Of a stretch of 64,000 nucleotides of DNA, positions 14,356-25,545 are shown one piece after another. Each line of letters begins with the position of its first letter. Position 1 is the first letter of the stretch. The translations under genes were made by a program, and so were the position numbers. The notes under the pieces are model-generated. The model was not told the origin of the DNA. It made no database searches and saw only the letters and a program-made list of their open reading frames with translations. The stretch is from Azolla caroliniana (Eukaryota > Plantae > Polypodiophyta): positions 25,234,001 through 25,298,000 of the forward strand of contig JBHGNT010000004.1 in the NCBI GenBank assembly GCA_043228905.1, in the 5' to 3' direction.

Positions 14356-17300
14356 ATGTCTTTTAAGAGGCCAAAATGGCCTATAAGACCAAACAAGAGA
14401 TTACATCTTAAGTGTCGTCTCATCTTTGAGAACAACAAATCAAAATAAACTAAATATAAAAGTAAATAAGATAAAAAGAGATGAGGGAATTTGGTTTTCG
14501 ACACATGTGAGATTCTCAAGTTAGATATATTATAACTTTTGCCTTCGAAAGATCTCTAGCATAGGTCAATTCAGAAAGGAGAGGTCTCCAAAGCGAGGGA
14601 AGCACCTGCGATGGCGGGAGATAATGGCCTATATCTGTCGATGAGAAGGGTGCTGAGGTCGTGGTCCATGGCGCCGGGTCCTATGTGCACGACAAATTGC
14701 TATTGCCCGATTTATTGTAACCCCTTGGTTTGTTCTGGTCGGGAGCCCATTTGTGTAGCATTAGTAGGAGTGATGGGGCTAAAGAAAGTTGCGATTGTTC
14801 TTTGTGGATGAGCTTGTGTGGCTGTATTATTTCCCTTCAACAACTTTTCCCTATGTCTCTTGAGTTCTAGCAAGAAACGTCCTAGGCACCGTTGGTCCTC
14901 ATATTCCATTACCTTTGCATAGTGGGCCAAAGCCTTGTTTAAAGAGGCAATGGTATTGCCATCTGATTTCATAAAAGGCACTACAATGACAAACATAGTT
15001 TTCTTCAGATTCCACTCCTTGATGACACAATTGGCAAATTCTTTCTTCTAGAGGTAGTCGTGTATATCTACCTACCTCAATCTCTAATTGATGTGATGAA
15101 GGTTGCAGCTGCCCTATCACACTACGCATCGTATAGGATAGATGTATGTCCATATAAGGTGGCCTGATGATGAATCCATCCACCGATGTGTGTAGAAGTG
15201 TCTTGTACTGGTCCATCTTCGTACCTAGTGATATTTTGGGTCTGATCTATATTATCTTGTTTTCCAAGTTAATAATATTAGTTTGGATCACTCTATCCTT
15301 TTCCACTTTGGTCATATTTAGGTGGGGACAGTCCAAGCTATATTGGAATGGGGTTATTGCATTTATACTTACGACATGTGACTCAAACCATTGTTGCATT
15401 TCAGCATACCAACAATGAATGCCTCCATTTTCAGCCAGTTGTCTTGATGACATAAGTGCCTACCTTGGGTACCTTCGTTTAGGGAGCTCCCAAAGACGTA
15501 TACATGTCACTGATCGGAACAAATGCCTCAGGGATTATAGGTGCTGCTCCCATCCCTGCCCAAATTATATCATGGGGCACTGGTGCTTTGCTCCTTATGA
15601 GTGAGAGCAAAAAAGAAAGAAAGATATATTAACGTCTTTTAAGAGGCCAAAATGGCATATAAGACCAAATAAGAGATTACATCTTGAGTGTTGTCTCGTC
15701 TTTGAGAACAAATCAAAATAAAATAAACATTACACAGTAAATATAAAAGTAAATCAGATGAAAAGAGAAGAAACGAGGGAATCTGGTTTTTGGCACATGT
15801 GAGATTCTCAAGTTAGGTATATTGTAGCTTTTGTCTTTGAAAGATCTTTACCATTGGTCGATCCAGAATAGAAATGTCTCCGAAGCGAGGGAAGCACCTA
15901 CGATGGTGGGAGATAATGGCTTTTATCTGTTGATAACAAGGGTGTCGAGGTCGTGGTCCATGGGGCGGGGGCCTACGTGCACGACAAATTGCTATTGCCC
16001 GATCAATTGTAACCCCTTTGTTATGTCCTGGTCTGGAGCCCATTTGTGTATCCTGTGATGGACTTGTGGAGAGAGAGAGAGTGGGTGACCATACACCATT
16101 GTCACACCCATTGTAAGTAGTGTTTTTCACACATTTATTAATATAATTGTGTTTTCACTGAAAAAAAAAATGAGAGAGGGAAGGCAAGATAACCTCTTAA
16201 ATTTTTTAAAAAGGAAAATCTTTTTGGTTTTTTTATTCTTTTTATTGAAGAACTGCCATGACATCATTCCCGAGGGGCCAAGACAAACTAGAAATTGTGC
16301 ATGAAGAGGCCAGAACCTTCCAGAAAGTCATTTGACAAACTGGGTTTAAACAGGTTTTAGAACCTGGCTATCAGTCATCTTCATTCTTTCTTCTAGGTCA
16401 CAATCCCCTTAATATAACAAAAATCTCAGTCTTTCAACTGTGTTAATTAACTCTAGTGGAGAGGCCCACGAGGATCGAGTGTCTTTTAGACTTAAATTTG
16501 TATGGATGTGCTGTTGACGGGGCTTGGAGTTGTCCATCGATTATAACCATAGCCCATAGACTCCATCATGTAATGGGAGTTTTGAAATCAAATCCTTACA
16601 AGGACCAATGATGTTTGTACATTTCAGCTTTGATGGATGTTATTGATGAAACCCTTAAAACTTCGTATTATATTGATCCTTGTCAATAGTTGGTTTGGAT
16701 GTTGAAAATAGGTCTCCAGATGGCTCTATAACATGTACATGCATCCATCAAATAAATACATTTCAATCCTGGGGAGAATTCTTATCTCATTTGGTTCTGT
16801 TTTAAGAAGGGAGTTTCTGGGTTTGGGTGAACTCTAGAATAATTTAGGATTTATTAACAACTTTGCTTTTTGTCACCTGGAATTTTCCCTATGCTATAAA
16901 TATCCAATTCTCTATTAATAAATTCATAATCCAATTTACCAAATTACCATAACCAAGCTCATCAAAAAAATTCACAAATCTGTGAAAGATCTTTCACGCA
17001 TCTTACTACCTAACTTATTGATCATTGGCAAATATACTCATCAATCTTGTTATACCTCTTTTAGATATAGATTTTCTTTTTTGGTTTATTTTAATGATTT
17101 AGTTTGATTTCGTAACAGGTTAGAGCTGTGGTTGTCGGGTACCCAAATGTGGGGAAATCCTCACTTATCAATCGATTGCTTGGGCGGAAGAAGTGTGATG
17201 CAGCTCCACGGCCAGGAGTAACTCGAGAATTGAAGTACTTCTCTTCAATTAATTGTAATTCATTTGATTCCTTTTAGTGAGTGGAACATAATTTGTGGGA

Positions 17301-18314
17301 AGATGGTACTTTTAAAAGTGCCTTTTAGTGATTAGCACTTGAAGTTTTAAGATACAGACATTAATGCTAAATTTAGCTAACCTCTGTTAAAGCAACTCAA
17401 ATCTTTGCACAGAGTTTCAATATCATTGATAGGTTTTTCAAGGTTTTACAAAAACAAATTTGGTTGATTATTTTTATTTTTGTGGAAGATTTTGTTTTTT
17501 ATGTCTTATAGCTAGATCCTTTTTTTTTCCTTTGGCGTGCAGATGGGCTCGGATAGGGGAAGATTTGGATTTGCTTGATGCTCCTGGAATATTGCCTATG
17601 AGACTCGATGACCAAGTTGCAGCCATACGGCTAGCCATATGCCATGACATTGGAGAATCATCATATGCGGTTGCTGGTGTTGCTGCAGTTTTCGTGGAGA
17701 TGTTAAAGAAGTTGCCAAATGGAGGTTAAGTAGACATTGCTACAATATAGCTAATGTCAAAAACATGACAAGCTTTAAACCAACTGCATAAGAAGTCACA
17801 TTCTGAAATTGTATTGTATATTGTGATTTATCATGTTGTAAAAATTTTGTCTATCACTATGCATATGCATTAATTCATAAGTATTAGTTGTCACATTCTC
17901 AACTGGCAGTTACAAGTGCATGTGAGTTCTCGCATTCACAACTCGGGTAGCTAGAAGTGCATGTGTGTCATCACATTGTAGTGTCAAATTTTGGTGTGAT
18001 TAAAGGAATGTCATCTGGTTGTGATCTTTTTCAGCTGCAAAAGTACTCCTGCAACGTTATAAACTTGATCCCAATGAATTGTCAGGGGAAGAGTGAGTTT
18101 TGTTCCCCAGTTTATTGCCTATTTTTTAAGTAATGCAAAAAAGCTCTTTGATAACTTACATTAAATTTTCTGCTTTTGGATTATTAGGTTTGTGGAAGAG
18201 CTTGCCCAAAGACTATTCAATGGGGATGCAAACCAATCAGCCTCAAGGATTTTACAAGATTATCGAAAAGGTGGACTTGGATGGAGGGCTCTGGAACTTC
18301 CTCCCCATGATTGA
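6335..18314 (+). CDS. RBGA: Plastid ribosome-biogenesis GTPase, RbgA/YlqF family (DAR GTPase 3-like)
   Basis: Exons 6335-6439, 7675-7827, 7910-8026, 11172-11315, 11406-11492, 17119-17234, 17543-17724, 18035-18092 and 18188-18314, all GT-AG with consistent phases. The translation has [23 protein letters not shown]4 LNRVD, G1 GYPNVGKS, G2 PGVT and G3 DAPG in circularly permuted order, ending [21 protein letters not shown]. The N-terminus looks like a transit peptide. Confidence 0.93.
6984..7295. repeat. Diverged tandem duplication (~157-bp period) in RbgA intron 1
   Basis: TGCTTATTTGGGAAGATT...AAGCTCTAGCTAC occurs at ~6984 and 7141. Confidence 0.85.
8533..9868. repeat. Two diverged tandem duplications in RbgA intron 3 (~8533-8945, period ~220; ~9400-9868, period ~238)
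   Basis: GCAACCAACAAGAATGAAAACAA...GATTATGCCA occurs twice; GATGGCTGA..GTCAAGCTCTATACACC...GGCCAGAATGGG occurs twice. Confidence 0.8.
11719..14318 (-). mobile_element. Family A LINE copy 1: 5'-truncated, frameshifted RTE/RTEX-like non-LTR retrotransposon (RT + C-terminal Cys/His finger, TTTC tail) in RbgA intron 5
   Basis: Minus-strand RT motifs: [82 protein letters not shown]. The 3' end is TTAAAAGACGTTAATATATC followed by (TTTC)n. The 5' end abuts (GA)n at 14319. An internal 100-bp duplication lies at 13790-13995. Confidence 0.92.
14352..15599 (-). mobile_element. Family A LINE copy 2 (5'-truncated, C-terminal region and 3' UTR)
   Basis: Colinear with copy 1 over ~1.2 kb. Encodes [46 protein letters not shown]. 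The 3' end abuts (GA)n at 14319-14352. Confidence 0.9.
15610..16068 (-). mobile_element. Family A LINE copy 3 (3'-terminal ~450 bp)
   Basis: Near-identical to 11735-12180, with a GAAA tail on the + strand. The truncated end abuts (GA)6 at 16069-16081. Confidence 0.9.
16082..16170 (+). mobile_element. Family B LINE 3'-terminal fragment (~80 bp)
   Basis: Reverse complement of 61624-61709 (AGTGAAAACAC..AATTATATTA..TAAATGTGTG..AAAAACACTAC..ACAATGGGTGTGACAATGG..TATGGTCACCCAC). Preceded by (GA)n and followed by A10 and GAGAG. Confidence 0.8.
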
Positions 18315-18559
18315 GTTGACGTTTGTATAGCACCTAGATAGAAGGCACAACTTACAAGTCAAGGAAAATGCTAAGCCATATCGTGTAATATGCTTACTTG
18401 TTCTCTCTTCATGATATCATATGCCATCCTCAATTAACATAAAAATCACAGAATGTTTTGGTTTTAGGCCAAAGATTATTCAATGGGGATGTGGATTGAG
18501 TACCATCATTTTTCAGGCCACATGTCTTGAAGCATGGCTATGTAGTTGCATATTGGTGG

Positions 18560-18600
<41 letters not shown>

Positions 18601-20268
18601 GTTTGCACCATTGTAGAATGCTCGATTTGAAGAATAATGTAATATGGGCACTAGTTCCCCTAAAATTTCTAAGTGTTATAATTTTTTTCTCACTTATCTG
18701 AGGTACGATCACATGAATATATCATTGCCTCATATCAGTAAAGATTCAATGAAATGAAATGAGGTCAATGTCAAAACTCAAACGGTTGGAACAAAGTAAT
18801 CTGAATCTTGAGAGTGGGATGATAATTTTGAAAGATCAGTACGTTCTCGATAGATATGTCAAGGCCTCTCTTTATTTGCTTAGGTTGATTTTGGAGTGTA
18901 TCAACAAAGGCAAGAGGATGTAAATATCAAGGTAAGACAACGAAGCACTTAACAAGGTCTCTCTTGATTAGGAATTTAGGACAATAGAAATATCAAGGTA
19001 AGACAAACACAAAGCAGCACATCACAAATCCACAAAGGCCTCTCTTCGCTCCCTAGCCTTGATGTTTCCTAACCATGGAGACTTTAATAGCAAACTACAC
19101 AGAAAGGATTAACAGAAAATCCTTACTCACCCATTGGGAGTTCAATGATCAAGCATTTAAAATATAGTTCCATTGTGATCAAAATCTTGAAAATCATTGC
19201 ATAGAAGTTTATTAAAATTTCTCTACATCCATAATTGAATATATAGTTCCATTGTGGATCAAAGCTTCTGAACATCTTATCAAACTACCATCTTCATTTC
19301 TACTAAAATTGCTACAGATAGATAGGCATCCCTCATCATTTCTTACTCACCTCATGGCCAAAAACATTTGACCTGATTGATAAACAGAGCAAGTTTAACA
19401 TCCTACTTAAGCTTTTGATGAATGCTTTTATTTACATTTCATTATCGCAGGCACCTATTAGAACTGCCACCAAACTATGCTTTCGTGCCTAATTTAAACA
19501 TGCAAGAAAAGATTGTGCTGCAGTCCTTGGTTGTAGTCCATTTCGATTTGCTTAGCATGTTCTCTCTCTAGTTTAATCCTTTGGTATCTTAGACACTAAT
19601 TAACTGCAACGGTCTCTCATATAGATTGAAAATGCAGCGAACAAGGCATTCATATAGACAAGCTCTATTTCAAAAACTTAGAACTATGATAATTTAGCCA
19701 AGCATTACCCATCAAAAAAGCATGGCTCCTACAAAATCTTTCTGTAACTGGTGTCTGTCATGAAATTGTGGTACGCTATAACATGAAGACAAGTTTAAAC
19801 CATTGAATACTATCCCAACTTTCATTACATTGGATTTGATTATATAATTGTGTCCTTGTGGGCTTTGATTATGTACAGTATAAGAAGCCTTGGGGCGAGA
19901 AGGGAAGAGCATTAGAAATGCTTCGGAAACTCAAGAGAAGCAAACACTTAACGACAAACAACTAGTTCTCCATGAGCAAACAACTTAGGTAAAGTTTCTA
20001 TATGGCCACCACCACTACTACTGATGATCGAAACAGCAGAACCGCAAAATCAAATCTCCATCAAAGTCTGATGCTTCCCAATCATTGGATTCACTCTTGA
20101 ATAACCAGGATTTCATTTTGAATCATGCAGACTTTGAGCGGAGATTAGCCAGTAAGTTCACCTATAGGGTAGAATGATTCGGACTTGGATTCACTTTAGA
20201 TTCCAATGATTGATTATCTGATTCCACTACTCCGATATATATATATATATATATATCGAGTTCGAGTC

Positions 20269-21042
20269 TCAATTTTGAGCACCCCGCCGCCATTCCCGAT
20301 AGAAGGAATTCATGGATGGATAGATGCGACCGGTGGCCAGGTGTGTGTAGGGGCGGGGGGAAGAGGACATGGACATGGCAGATGGGGAGGAGGGGACAGC
20401 ACAGGGGGAGCCCACGGGGGGAGAGAAGAGGTCATGCGCGAGCGAGCGATCATAATCCGCCCGCTTCTGGGGGTCCGAGAGGGTGGAGTAGGCCTCGTTG
20501 ATGTCTGCAAAGAGTTGGGTGGCCATGTCCAGGAGGTGGAGGGGGCTCACATCAGGATGGTAGCGGAGGGCCATCTGACGGTAGGCCGCCCGTATTTCCT
20601 TGGGCGAGGCCAGGGGCGTGACCCCCAGGAGCGCATAGTGCGTCGTCGTCGTCTTCTTCTGTGCTGCCGTATGGTTGTGGCGTAAGTAAGGATCGGAGCC
20701 CGCCATGGATGCGTATGCGCAGGTCTCCATCGGGGTGCTTGGCCGGCGGCATGATGACGGCCTTCGGGTAGGCGACAGGCGCGGCTCGCATGGCCTCCCC
20801 GTGCTCTTCTTCATCATGGACGACGACGATGAAGACCACAGTGGCGATGGAGACGAGGAGGGGCGCTCCAGATCTGTGGGAGAAAGGCGAGGAGAGAAGG
20901 AGGAGGAGATGGAGGAGATGGAGGTGGAGGAGGGAGGAGATGGAGAAGAAGTGGAGGAAGGGGAAGAGATACGGCGGGGTAGGAAGAAGATCGACGGAGG
21001 AAAAGAGATGGAGCGAGAAAGCAGAGAAACAGAACTTTCCAT
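20269..21042 (-). CDS. Intronless type-C J-domain protein (DnaJ11/DJC-like, probably plastid-targeted)
   Basis: 257-aa ORF with a Ser/Pro/Arg-rich transit-peptide-like N-terminus. J domain: HYALLGV...EIRAAYRQMALRYHPD...FADINEAYSTLSDPQKRADYD. GC-rich, with (CTT)n/(TC)n upstream in the sense strand. Confidence 0.9.
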   Translation of the reverse strand: MESSVSLLSRSISFPPSIFFLPRRISSPSSTSSPSPPSSTSISSISSSFSPRLSPTDLERPSSSPSPLWSSSSSSMMKKSTGRPCEPRLSPTRRPSSCRRPSTPMETCAYASMAGSDPYLRHNHTAAQKKTTTTHYALLGVTPLASPKEIRAAYRQMALRYHPDVSPLHLLDMATQLFADINEAYSTLSDPQKRADYDRSLAHDLFSPPVGSPCAVPSSPSAMSMSSSPRPYTHLATGRIYPSMNSFYREWRRGAQN

Positions 21043-21291
21043 GGAAGGAAGGAAGGAAGGAAGGAAGAAGAGAGACCCAAGAAGAAGAAAGAAGAAGAAG
21101 AAGAAGAAGAAGAAGAAGAGAGCTCAAAAAGGAAACCCTAATTTGGGTTTAAACAGAGAAAAGGAGGGGAAGAAGGTATGTGAGAGAGAGAGAGAGAGAG
21201 AACTGCCCTGGCCCATCATCTCTTGAGTCAGTCAAGTGATTCAAGTCAAGCCAAGTCAAGTCCTTAGCATAGGACTTTCTATCGGCACCAT

Positions 21292-21300
21292 CCACGTGCC
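21292..21300. promoter_or_regulatory. G-box/ABRE-like CACGTG upstream of the DnaJ gene (a second, palindromic CCCACGTGGG at ~21615)
   Basis: CCACGTGCC lies about 250 bp upstream of the ATG. Motif match only. Confidence 0.35.
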
Positions 21301-24300
21301 AATCAATCGATAAACCGTATCGTGTCCATCGGTTTCCATCCCACTAGTAACGTACGATCGTTATTCGTTTCATGTCGATCCCAGCGATAAACGAACATTG
21401 TTTTCATTGTTCGCATATAATCGATCGATCGGCTCTTGTTTAGGCTGCATATAATCGATCGCTCGCAAATAATCGATTGGCCTTCATGATCGTCAATGCC
21501 CCATTCCACCTTCTGCAGCCCCAATAGACATACGACAGGCATATCCCCACTCTTCCACCCAATTCGATCAAACGCCTCATGACTTGATCTATTACATTCG
21601 GATGAATCGTGAGACCCACGTGGGATTCGTCCCCACATGTTCGAGATGAAGACCTTTGTAGCAAACGATCCCATTGCTTTATAATACTAAAGGTTTTAAG
21701 AATGGGCAATCAAGTGCAAACATCGACGATGTGATTGAGCGGACAATCCTCTTGTGTATTGCCTCCAAAGGCTCCCATTCTTTAAAAACAAATCATGGAA
21801 ATCATGATACCACTATAGCATAAAAGGCAATCCTACATTCCAAAGTGACCTAAATATTCCATTTCGAGATTTTCTTGTTTTAGGTCTCCACTTCATTTTC
21901 ACGAAGATGGTAGGCCCAAGGCCCTTGGGAGAAAAGCTAGAGATGTTTGTTGCCTTATTGCTTTCCATGGATTGGATCGTGGCACGATATCTCTCTTGCG
22001 AATGATGCATGTTATGCCCTTCATACAACCATAAATTTCTACCTAATTACTCGTTTCATGTTTAGTCATCCAATCTCGATGGCCCATTTTTGTTCAAAGA
22101 GAGCCATATACTTTTGCAAGGAGCTCTAATTTGAGCAAGGATTTTGAACTAATGTAGTTCCGCAGACTTGTCAAATTCTTTCAATATCATCAAATTAGCT
22201 GTTGTACTCAGAATTTGTCTTCTAACAATAAATCACCCACTTTTATATAATTACAATGCATGTGTTGTCCATGTGAGTCTTTGGCCTTGCACATGCCAAG
22301 ACTCATTGATCCCAACAACTCACGCAAAATTCGTAATGGACATTGAAATGTCTTGTTTCAATTTTAGGTTGCCCTTGACTTTCTCTACTTGAAAATGATT
22401 AGTTTTGCTATATATCTCAACATAGTGCCATTTTTCAGAAAACTCTGGCTCATTTGGGGAATTGCCCTTAATTCTAAAGGTTTAAAAATGCCTTTTATGC
22501 AAGCGCTTATGTGCATGTACACCATTTTCATTTGCGATTTTTTTGTCTATGTCTATTATATGAATACTTTGGAACAATCTTCATGTCAAGGTTGTCATGT
22601 AAGTGGTTTTGATACTATTATCATTGTTCCAAAAATAGTAGATGTTGACTTCCCAAGGGTCGCTTTTTTGTCAATACATTGTGAGGCGAAATCCCACATA
22701 GATTGATTTTGACATGATCATTATATTTCTAATTTTGTCTTCGAACTAGAAACATTCCTCAATGCCCTCGATGCCTTTTGAGACATAGCAAAAATGTAAC
22801 AATTGCATGAGTGAAAAGCAATTATAGGTTGTCCACAATGCACTTGGTTGAGATATTTCCATGTAGCCTAGATATAACCCAAAATTTACATCAATGCCTA
22901 AAAGATGCACAAATACCTAAACAAATTTGGTCCCTATATCTAGATTTCATGCATGGGCAATGCAACTATACTAATACAAGTAGAAAAAATGATAATACAA
23001 TTATCTCTAACAACTACTACTACACTTCAAAGATTCATCGAAGAATATGTTCAAACAAAATAATTCCATTGATAATAGATGCTCTGCCTTGATAAGAACA
23101 TGCTTTGTTAGTCATTCTTTATATAACACGACATATGACATATTGGTGTTGGTCCTAAATAGGTTGAAGGCATCAAACATATTGTTGCAAAACATATTGT
23201 TCGTTAGCCTATCCCTAGTCCCTTTACTGGCAAAAGAAGAATCAATGAGATATGGTAAAAAGGTGTGAGAGCATCAATCAATAAGTCTTTTATAGTTCGT
23301 TGTATCTTTTAGTATATTTTGGAGCATTGTAGTTGATAAATATTCAATGAATGTTTCGCATACATTTTCTAGTCCTAATACATGTAACACTATCCTTACA
23401 AGAAAATATGTGGCGATGTAGCACATCAAGGTTTCTACGTGTTCCTTGCTTGTGCAAACTACACACCAAGCAAGTTTTATACAAATTTTTCGAAAAAACT
23501 AATATCTGAAACTAAATTAGTCAAAGTTTTCCTTAACTAGTTGTTTGAATAGTTACCTTTGTAGAGTGGATATTGACAAGGGGGTTGAAATTGTTGGCAA
23601 GATTGTTGATTTGAACCCTCCTCAAAAAATGACAAGTACTATGAAATGGCATCCTAGGTGGTGGAATCTATTCATGATGAAGTCCATGCTTTAATTTCAA
23701 CCCTAAATCAGCTTTGCTCAAATCGATACGTGAGAAATATGAAACCTTTTCTTTATGTCAGTGTCTTATTTCTCTTTCACTCGCAACAATTGCAGTATGG
23801 GGAGGAAAGACGTGACCCAAAACATTGATCACAAATATATCATTCTACACACAAATTTAATATATTGTTATAATATAAAGTGGGTCATACTAAGCCTACA
23901 TTTAGCAATGAAAGATAGTCAAGGTTAACACGTTGTCATTTGATAAATATCCAAACAACATGAATTCAAACCCTAGGTGGATAGCGAAGCACTTCAATTA
24001 AATACATTCTCTTTATATAGATATGGTGGATAATGACATCTAGAGTTATAGCGACCGTAGGTTTAATATGATATTTTGGTTAGCATTTAAAACTCTGATA
24101 ATAAAATTCAAATACTTGTCGAATTATGCTAGTGATATGTGTGGAGAGAGATCCTCGTATGATCAATTCAATATGTATCTCAAGAGAGGGTTGAGATATC
24201 AAAACGATGAAAGGCATGACAAACATGGAGAAAAGTTTAAATTTATTCATAATAACAAACAATCTATTTCTTGATGAGTTTTTGAATAACATGGGACTTT

Positions 24301-25239
24301 TCCAATGGGGGATATTGCCTTTGGATTAGTAACAAGGATTTGTTTGTAGATGGGGCTTACCTTTATTACATTGTCTTCGTAATCTTAATGTTGGATTATG
24401 GTCATTATTGACTTTAGACTTGGAACTGTCTCTCTTTGTTGGAAGATACCTATTGCTGTACAGAAACCCTGCTCTCACAAACTTGTGGCAATCAATAATT
24501 TGCCACCCCACCAATTAATTGTATGAGTTGTTATGTGCGTGTCTTTCATGGACTCTATAATGTTAGTAAAAAAAGAAATGTGTTGACACCTACCCGACAA
24601 AATTTGCATTTACTTCGGTCCACATTGTAACCATCCTTCCAACTTTAATGTTTGACATGTTGAGCCAATACCAAAGACTCTCTGTTATAGAAGCATTCTT
24701 AGTATCCTTCCAAGTTTAATGATTGAAGATCAAACCAATACAAGCAACCTACACACACATCTATGTGTGTGTATTTGTTTGTATGTACGAATACAATATA
24801 CAGTTAACTTGCATCTCACAATATTAAATGCACAAATTTCCCTATAGAAATCATGACCACATGCACATGACCATGGAGATAGACGTAGTTGTGGAGAATT
24901 AAAAGAATGCAACCATCACTTTTAACTTTTTGATGATAGTACCCCTGTGAGGAGACACTATGTTTGTAGATAATTCTACCTCGTTTTGTAATATTGTGTT
25001 TTTTTGTTTATCCATGGAGTCTTCCATATCTAATCAACCAATATTTGTTTTAGAAGCAAACACGATGATGATGTACATTCCAATGTCTAAAGTGACTCAT
25101 CCGCATGCTCTAATAAACTCTACAGATTATTGTTCCTTGTCACAAAAAAGAAAGTGGACATTTGCAAAGTGCTTTTTGTAAAGTGTAAAAGTTACATACG
25201 TGTTTTCTTCGTATTGCTACCATCGGAGCATTGCTATTT

Positions 25240-25545
25240 TTTTATTTATTTTTTTTATTTTCCCAAAAAAACTCCTTCCATTAGTTATAAAGATTTTACA
25301 GATGAGATTAATATATACAAATCCCTATAGGGACACGATAGGTCCATCTTATGTGGATGCCCACTGCCTCAAGAAAGGGAGAGGACGAACATTGTTGGAT
25401 AAAGGCTAGTCGTTGTCTTTCAACTCTATCGAAGTCACCCTTCAGGCCATCATATTGGCTCTTTAGAGTGGCTACAACTTCATTCCATATCTCTTGCATT
25501 AACATTATTGGTTGCGCGCTTTGGTTGGAGAAGCATTGATAATAT
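25240..25545 (-). mobile_element. 3'-terminal fragment of an L1-like LINE
   Basis: The ORF MQEIWNEVVATLKSQYDGLKGD...RWTY is homologous to the C-termini at 35.6 kb, 56.9 kb and 57.4 kb. A T-rich run at ~25237-25262 fits a decayed A-rich tail. Confidence 0.65.

Noticed and set aside
15478-15492. AGGGAGCTCCC resembling the 3' half of miR319/159
   Set aside because: Only about 11 nt match, it lies inside LINE coding sequence, and no precursor hairpin is evident.
20206-21226. Overlapping 120-190 aa ORFs on both strands around the DnaJ gene
   Set aside because: Shadow frames of a GC-rich, microsatellite-rich exon; only the HPD-containing frame has a recognisable domain.
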